DNA of 62,840 bases, counting the filler, from Basidiobolus ranarum (taxonomy: Eukaryota), in assembly GCA_040143965.1 (NCBI GenBank). It is 3 parts of 3 records of this genome, joined end to end, with 100 filler letters (N's around TTAATTAATTAA, not from the genome) between each part and the next. Parts side by side here need not be neighbours in the genome. Positions count along the whole stretch, not along the records: positions 42,015 to 62,840 come from JASJQH010007096.1; 2 more parts are not named here. One strand, written 5' to 3'. Of the stretch, positions 49,762-62,840 are shown in pieces. The position numbers were made by a program, and so were the translations under genes. Below the pieces are notes generated by a model, which saw only the letters and a program-made list of their open reading frames with translations, was not told the DNA's origin and did no database searches. How positions within the stretch are numbered: the stretch's first letter is position 1; every line of letters starts with the position of its first letter.

Positions 49762-50033
49762 CTTTTTCTTAGGTTCTGTTTTGAATAGGTTTATTTGGTT
49801 AAGATATCAACTATCACTTTCAAGTGAAGGCTCACCGAGAACTGATATAAGTTTGATGTTCGAATACTAATGACGACATAGTGTCTATCATGTTGGAACC
49901 TCATTTTGAATTTTTATCAATTTATTTTCGATATTTGATGTATAATCACCATCATATCACGTGAGGTGTGTATTTATTGAGAAGGAAGGATATGTCGAAC
50001 GGATTTCGCAAGTCTCTTAAAGTTACAGCATAA

Positions 50034-52654
50034 ATGGGTGATAACGATTCTGTAGAATCAGCGGCTAAACGCTTAAAACTTTCGGTGGAAAGACTTGAGG
50101 ACCCGGTACCTTTAGATATAACCGAACGTGGTGAACACATTCCTCAACCGTTAGTTAAATTTACTCCATCATCTACAAAGCCAACCATTTCTCCACCTTA
50201 CTTACATGTATACCTTTCGTATCTTTCTGCACCTTAGTGAAAACTCTTTACAGGAGCGTTTGACTCAAAAAATTCATAGAGTTTGGGAGGAACGTAGAGA
50301 TTTTGCTCAATTAGATGAAGAGGTTTTGTTAAATGATAAAAAAGAAGAGAATCCTTCGGAAAAGGAGGAAAATGTCGATTCAAACGAACAAAAAACCGAT
50401 AAAAATGTTGCTCCTGGACAAAACTTTTGGGAGATGCGTAACCAACTTCATAGTCGTTTATGGTGGGGTCTTAATAAATTTACTTGCAACTACTATCGGA
50501 AATTAAGACTTGATTTAATTCTAGGCACGCGCAATCAGAAATCGCGGTCGCTCTGGATGTAGTTCACGTACTTCTTTCCGCGTCACGCCCGGCTGCCTCT
50601 TTGACACCTAATCCCCTTCCATTACAGCCCAATACTTTGTCATATACCTACATTAATAAGCCACGTCCTACTATTAAAACTCAGCTAGAAAATGCCAAAC
50701 TACACATGGGAGCAAAACAAAAGGTATGTATAGTGATGAAAATGAATAATCCAACCGAGTCTGATTCATAGATTTTTTTCGTGAGAAAAGCAACTCAAAA
50801 ATGCCAGCTCCATTCTTCTCCGAGGTGCGACCACATTAGAGAATGTCTTGAAGGAAGAGCACAAATTTTGGGACGAAGCATTGTCTTTACGTCAGAGAAA
50901 TTGGATCATCCAAACGAAAGGAAATAGTAAAATGGGAACAGCAGGGAAAACTTTCTTTGTCAAGTATGGATTTGATGATGGTACTGTTGCCCCCTTTTTT
51001 CATTGGTGCTTTTCACTTTCTACCTGATGGCCTTGTTAACTCTTCTTCATATCAAGTTGGTTCACACTTTCAAGAACCTGGAGTGGCCGAGATTATCCGA
51101 GACTTCTCTAGTAGTGAGAACGCGAATACCCGCACTAAAATCGCCCTCCCTCATAAAATTAAGCGTGATCTTAAAGTGCGACTCGTTAATAAAGTTGCTA
51201 GCGATGGTGAAGGAGACCATCAAGATGATGCATCAAGTATTGCCCCAGTTGGTAGGTATTCCCTATTATTCATTAAGAATATCAGCTAACGGCGTTTATG
51301 TAGTGGCTCCCGATACACAAGATGCCTTAAACGATATCTACAACGAACTAACGTTAGCTCAGTCCACCATATTTGACTCGGAATTATATCAGGAGGTAAG
51401 GTATCATACAGAACTCCGAGTCAAAGCTGGATAAAATCATTTACGTATTTCTCTTCAGATAAGCAAAGAAGCACGCACGCTGCTCACTGGTGTTCGCATG
51501 ATGGAGAATGAAATATCGATATCTGTTAGTGACTCTCACAGTCTGATTTTCAACTGGAGTACTCTTGAGGTGAAGTTCATTGGTAATAGTTCTGTGTGAT
51601 ATTGGCTAATAAATGGTGTAGAAGCAGGACGGTTCAGAAGACGCAAAGAAGTCTGAAGGTGCTCCAAGTCGTGAAAGAACCTTATCTCAAATCTTAAAGT
51701 TGATCATGCAACTGCAGCTAAGAAAGAAACACCGAAACAATTTGGCCAGCAAAGGATCGACATTCTCTCGAAGAGCTCTGACACCGGTTGATGACAAGTA
51801 CTCATAAACAATTTTTGACTTTACCCTTCCCACGTCATAATGACATCAATGCTTATTATTAGAGACTCTCCATTACTACATCAAGGGCCTATTCTAACTG
51901 AGGTGCTGAAGATATTACGTTATTATTGTTTCTGTGAAGAAATCCGTCGGATAGTTGATTCTTCTGTTAAGACCATCTCCAAGCTTGGTATCACAACTAA
52001 GGTTCATTTTAGTTCGCTAACTGACGGGGCCAACCAAAAAGGGCAATTCAGTTTTGTTGACTCTCTTGTGTTAACTGTTCGGGATGAGTATGTCATCATG
52101 AATTGAATTTGGATGGTTTTATATTTCATTAACACGCACCATTACTATGTAATCTAGGCACGTATTCCATTTTACACTCAGAGCCCCTACCACCATCCAG
52201 GCTCACTTGCAACGTGGTAATTTTAGCCTTGGCAACTTGAGTGAATTCGAGTCACTCCTCAACCGAGAGTTGGCAGGTGTGTGCTTGCAAACAATCTGTC
52301 AAATGGGAAGTTCGTTTGGGTTCATCGAGCGGAACAATTGGGAAATAGATCTAATGGAAACCAAGGCCAGCTGCAACTATATTGATGGGACTGGAAAGCT
52401 TCATCCAATGTAAGTTTTAAGAAAGGCTTTAAGCCCTGCATCTCTATCTAACAGCACACTTGTACAGGGTAATATCTATTTTACGCAAAGAAACCAATGG
52501 AGAGGAACAGCTCCAATGCAACTTCAACTTCGTCTCCAACACTGACCTTCGTTTGACTAACTTTCACATGAACTCCAATGAGTCTTTATCAAACGCCAAT
52601 ATTCCATTCGAAACTCGTCTGCGTACTTTGTTCAGTAAAAATTCAGTGTTGTAA
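50034..52654 (+). CDS. MED17: Mediator subunit 17 (Srb4), multi-exon
   Basis: PLDITERGE, IHRVWEERRDFAQLDEE, AQSEIAVALDVVHVLLS, FWDEALSLRQRNWII, VKYGFDD|GSHFQEPGVAEI and AQSTIFDSELYQE resemble fungal Med17. Confidence 0.75.
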
Positions 52655-53238
52655 ACTATTTTCTCTACCTCATTTCTGTTTCTTTCTTCCTTCTGGCTTG
52701 CGCTTGTAGACAAATAGATGATCAAACATCAAAATGCCTGGACTGTGTATGTATTGAACACATCAGAAGTCCCACGGTCTATGATGCACATGCAATGTAG
52801 AATATGATTTTCACATGATAATTCTTCGTTTTCACCAAAACTAGGCGGATTATGGATAATACGAGCATACATAGTAATTTTGCTCATTTAGTGATCATAG
52901 AGTGGCCCGATATATTCCTAAGACAGGGACAGATGCACATTCTATCCGGTTATTTCTTTAATATTTTGGATACTCGCTACAATCGCGATCCGGACACTCA
53001 AATTAGGTCATACATTCTATTTATGAAAAAGTATATTCCACTACTGCTCCATTTCTCGCTCAGAGAATCTCCGTAAATCGCCTATTACTGAAAAAGTGCC
53101 CATTAAAGCTGATAGAATATCCTTTAGATTCAATCGAATTTCCATTTAACCCTACCCAATTGCAATCATCTTGTCAATTGCTTTATTTATTGTACTAACT
53201 CTACTTTCTGCCCATCTCCTGTGCAAAGACTGTTTACT

Positions 53239-55012
53239 ATGGGTTCTATACCAGTGCTTGGACGTTTGAACTTTTCTGATTATGTACGGATTGGATTGAC
53301 CTTTCTTTTCTTCCTTTTCGAATCTATCCTTCGACTACTTTTCCACATGTATTCATTAGTATTTGACTCCACAAAGAGGTTCGTTTGTAATTCATTGACT
53401 CTCTCTCACCACTTTGCTTCAATTTTCGCTTACTGATTCTTATTCCATACCATCTCTTTGAAAACGCGATAGTTATGACGAAAGAAAAGATGAATTGAAA
53501 AGTAACTTAAAGGACCTGGAGAGTTTTGGCTCTATAGCTTCCCACTGGTATGTAGCATACAACTCGTACCTTTACACTCTATTTGTTCAAAAAAATCTTA
53601 CCTACCAATTTCAGGGGTTATCCTTATGAAGAGCATGTTGTGAAAACCAGCGATGGTTATCTGTTGGGAACACATAGAATTAGTGCTCCAGATAGTAATC
53701 CAGTAAACGCACAGAAAAATAAACCAGTCATTCTTTTGTGGCATGGCTTTATGATGAATTCTGAAGTGTGGGTTTGTAATCCTATGAAAGAGCGGAATCT
53801 CTGTTTCTTGCTAGCTGATGCCGGGTATGTTACTTTTTGTGTTTGCTATGACCGGTCAGGGCTAACCAAATTTGGCTTTCTTCATTTGTATTAGATACGA
53901 TGTTTGGCTTGGCAATACTCGTGGCAACAAGTATTCTTACAAACATTTATACTTGAAGCCTAATCAGAAGAAATTCTGGGACTTCTCCATGGATGAGTAT
54001 TCACTCTATGATTTGCCTAATACTGTAGATGTAAGTGGTTTTGAGTTGTACTTATGTTTTGTCGAGTCCTAAATTAAAATTCCTTCTAGTTTATCTTAGA
54101 AACTACTGGTGCTTCCTCTTTAGTGTATATTGGTTTCTCACAGGGAACCGCACAGGCATTTGCTTCACTATCCATTCATCAGGAGTTGAATAAAAAAATC
54201 TCACTATTCGTAGCCTTAGCGCCAGCCATTACTCCAGGAGGTAATTTGTTCTTTATTGGTATCTTCAACTTCACTAGCGCTAAATTCATTCACTTGCACC
54301 TTAGGCTTGCATAGCTCTGTGGTTGATACTTTTCTTAGAGCTACACCGAACATTGCGTATCTTCTTCTGGGAAAGAAATGTGCATTGTCTTCGGCGGTAT
54401 TTTGGAAGGATTTCCTTCCTAGACCTCTCTTCGTTAGAGCCATTGATATTGCCGTAGGGTTCTTATTTGGCTGGCATAGTCAGAATATTGATCCTGAAGT
54501 GAAAGCGATCGTCTATGGCCACTTATATTCTTATGCTAGTGTAAAGGGAGTGGTGGTAAATAATAGGCATTGTTCTATTTCCGATTTTTCTCACACTAAC
54601 TGACCATCTTTATCGTGTAGCACTGGTTTCAAATCATCAACTCTGGATCCTTTAGATTCTTTGATGAATCACCTACCATCTTCCCCTCTTCTAAAGCTAC
54701 GAATGGTCATATCTGCCATCCTTTTACAACTAATCAAATCACTACTCCTATCGTTATGTTCTATGGTGGAAGCGATTCACTATGTGATATTGAGGTTTTG
54801 AAGTCGCAATTGCCAAAGCTAAAGAATAGCCATGAAATCAAGCACTTTGAACATCTAGGTAAGAGATAGATCAAATGCTATTGAATGTTGTTATCTTTAT
54901 TGACTTTTCTATTGAAGACTTTTTATGGGCAAGAGATGCCAAGGAGCTTGTCTACTCGGAGGTGTTTAAGGTTCTAGAACAACATTCACTTGAGAATCCA
55001 ACTCAGTGCTAG
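53239..55012 (+). CDS. AB-hydrolase lipase / sterol esterase (Tgl1/Yeh-like), multi-exon
   Basis: EEHVVKTSDGYLLGTHRI, LLWHG, GYDVWLGNTRGNKYS, FWDFSMDE, YIGFSQG (nucleophile), GGSDSL and EHLDFLW. Confidence 0.92.
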
Positions 55013-55740
55013 TGCCACTTCTGTATTATTGTACTTGTCCCACAACCCTCTTACGCTCTTCTATCAATAAACTGACTAATTACACTTCTTTTTCGGTGAG
55101 CTAGCAAATCATTCATTTTTTCTGCGGAGTTAGTTGTGACTCTGAAGGATGCTTATGCGATAAGCTCTGTGATACGTATAGATAAAAAAGAACATCCCAT
55201 TCACGAATTATTATGGACGTGGGATTATTGGAGTATTTAATAGGTACAAAATACCGCAGTTCTACGGCCATTCCAGATTTTCCACATTGTTGGCCATTGA
55301 CATGTATCATTCTGGGGCTACTTACTTGTACAAATCATAACTTGATCTAGATTATAGTGAGCGAAATATGGTAATGACGTTAATGTGGCTAAATCTGGTC
55401 ATGATATTCTCATAAGGATGGCCCTATCAAGTGGATTATCTCGATCAAAGATGTACCTCTCATCGGTTATGTGTTATGAGTAGCAACTATAATGTACATT
55501 AACTTCGATATATTGAGTATACAGCCGCAGACTCCGCAGTCGATACAAAAACATAAATCATAATTACTCAGTTGGCATACATTGATCGGTCTGAAAATCC
55601 CAAAAAATATCGACTTTGAATGAGTTGTGCTTGGGTAACTAAAATCTTCACCAAAAATTACTAATCCCCCCGAATTGAAATGAAATAAAAACCCTTATCC
55701 TTTCAAGTAATACTATTTGCTAAAATATCTAGAGAGTACT

Positions 55741-60998
<5,258 letters not shown>

Positions 60999-61293
60999 TC
61001 ACTTTTATCTCTGTATACATATATATTGCCAACGCTTTTCACCCAGTTCTTTTTTATATCGACGCTTTTCTCCTTATTGGTTCTTAATCCTCGTCTCTTA
61101 AGATTTATATAATTCTCTTGATTGTGTTTGACTCTTAGTTGTGGCATAATGTTTATTCACTAGTAATACCATTAAAGTCACTAAAGTGCTACATTGATTT
61201 ATCAAATGATTTATTGAATGTTCATTATTGGTGGTGAGAGTGAAGAGGAATACAAAATGTATGATACGGGGAATATCGGTTGTTCGTGCAACT

Positions 61294-61653
61294 TTAATTG
61301 ATCTTGAAATAGTGACTATAACGTTCACTACCTTTGTCAGTGACAATACGAATTGAGTACTTGTCTCCAGATGCTAAATCATGAGGAACCGACCAATGAT
61401 GAGACTCTTCATTAGGATCAATATCAGTAGCAATCTCGTAAGAAAGAGCTAAATTAGCTTTTGGTCCTTCACGAAGTTCAATTGTAACCAACTCGGCTAG
61501 ATCAATTGCATCAATCTTCCACTCTATAATCGCATCTTCTCCACGTTCCCATTCAGTATGCTCCACTGGTTGGGTAATAGAAATCTCTCCGTTGACATAA
61601 GTTACAACGAATGATAGTATAAGAAGAAGATAAATTTGGTTGAAGGTAAACAT
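61294..61653 (-). CDS. Small secreted Kre9/Knh1-N-terminal-like (Ser-Thr-rich GPI family) Ig-like protein
   Basis: Signal peptide, ISITQP....W..G....IEW, IEL..G, WSVP.DL.SG.KYSIRI and YSHYFKI. Confidence 0.7.
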   Translation of the reverse strand: MFTFNQIYLLLILSFVVTYVNGEISITQPVEHTEWERGEDAIIEWKIDAIDLAELVTIELREGPKANLALSYEIATDIDPNEESHHWSVPHDLASGDKYSIRIVTDKGSERYSHYFKIN

Positions 61654-62694
61654 ACTGGATTGAATTGTTACTTGTAAGAATCATTGGTAGTTTTATATAC
61701 TGATTATCTTGGCGGTACATTACGGGGAATATTAATGTGGGGCGGGGGAAGTGCTTTTTGACAGGTGAATACTTGACTATTAGTGGTGATAAAAACCCTG
61801 CAAAGTAAGCATGATATGCTCGTTGAATTCCACATAATCGTTTGTTTAAAGTGATATAGACTATGGAGAACACGATGATGTTGCGTTGAACCAAATCTTA
61901 CATAATGTAGGGGAGATATTAGGGTGTAGAGGAAGTTGAGAATAGAAGCAGGTACTGTTGTGGTGAAATTCATCCATGAATCCTTTAATTTAGGTTCGAG
62001 CTCAAGTCAAAAGGTTAAATCATAAAGTTGCATATTATTTAACTGTGGAAACAAACTACTGTATAATGGCTACATTTCAGTATGTAGAAAGTATACTTGG
62101 TTAATCGTTTGGTATGTAATCAATACTTTATATTGCCAAGTTATTCTAATGCTGAAAATTTACTGTATTCTTATATCCGACTTTGGATCATCCATGTTGT
62201 CTTGGATTAGTCCGTGAACTTAGTTAGTAACACACTAACCTTATTGGGAATTCTGGTTCAAACAGAAGCAATATATCTATTTATAATAATAATAGGGTTG
62301 AATTAGTAAGAAACTTTGGTTTTTCAGTAATTGATTCTTCGCTTTCTACAATTCATCGATGGTATTTTATTACCCTACCAACCTCCTAATGATACTTTCA
62401 ACATTACCTTGATGCTAAGTGACTCAATTTTATCAATTCTCCGAAATGTGCTGCTGTATGTGATCGTAGTGCTGAATATTCAGTGTACTAATTGTACATA
62501 CACGTGTTTGAGCGAATAGTAGAATACTTGTTGCTACTAGTTGAAGCTATCATGAAACCTGACAGAGCATGAGCCAGCTACTATCGATGAGATTAGCTTG
62601 GAAATTTTTGATTGGAGTGATTTATCAATCATCCCATAATGTGTGATGTTGATGGATTGTGATTAAATTCAACTCATTCTACTTTGTAATAAGC

Positions 62695-62840
62695 ATACTT
62701 ACCTGGCAGGGGGAGTCTACGATCAAGTAGGTGGGCTCTTCGTCTTGGAAATTGAGCATTGCACAGCGTCTCAGGGTCCTTGACGCGAACATCCTTAGGG
62801 GTGTCTCGACTGTTAAATTTTTGTTTGTGGGAGGTGAGCG
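62695..62840 (+). ncRNA. U1 spliceosomal snRNA (3' end truncated by the window)
   Basis: Begins ATACTTACCTGG. U1-70K loop GATCAAGTAG, U1A loop ATTGCAC (~62758), Sm site AAATTTTTG (~62815-62823). Confidence 0.92.

Overview
Gene-dense, AT-rich eukaryotic genomic DNA with many short (~55-110 nt) GT-AG introns, typical of an early-diverging fungus. Zoopagomycota/Mucoromycota, plausibly Basidiobolus-like, is an inference only. Two N-gaps carrying an artificial TTAATTAATTAA linker (20920-21019, 41915-42013) split the window into three pieces whose true adjacency is unproven. Housekeeping genes: ABCG and ABCC transporters, CTP synthase, mitochondrial bS21, WHI2, enoyl-CoA hydratase, 3-hydroxyisobutyrate dehydrogenase, C1-THF synthase, an F-box/LRR protein, LEU2, ILV5, a Dma-type FHA-RING ligase, two beta-carbonic anhydrases, SUA5, YjbQ, MED17, a sterol esterase/lipase, tRNA-Arg(CCU) and U1 snRNA. 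Most notable: (i) intronless, bacterial-type genes at 35.5-40.2 kb, namely a stand-alone OvoA-C-terminal-like (ovothiol-type) methyltransferase and two secreted CHAP-domain proteins; (ii) a beta-carbonic anhydrase whose N-terminus is built from four homologous introns alternating with short divergent exons; (iii) a DNMT1-like cytosine methyltransferase and a nearby ~4 kb almost CpG-free repeat region containing an inverted-repeat element; (iv) a Myb-repeat protein with an apparent mitochondrial presequence; (v) a DUF262 protein, a 5-nt microexon, and a frameshift in C1-THF synthase.
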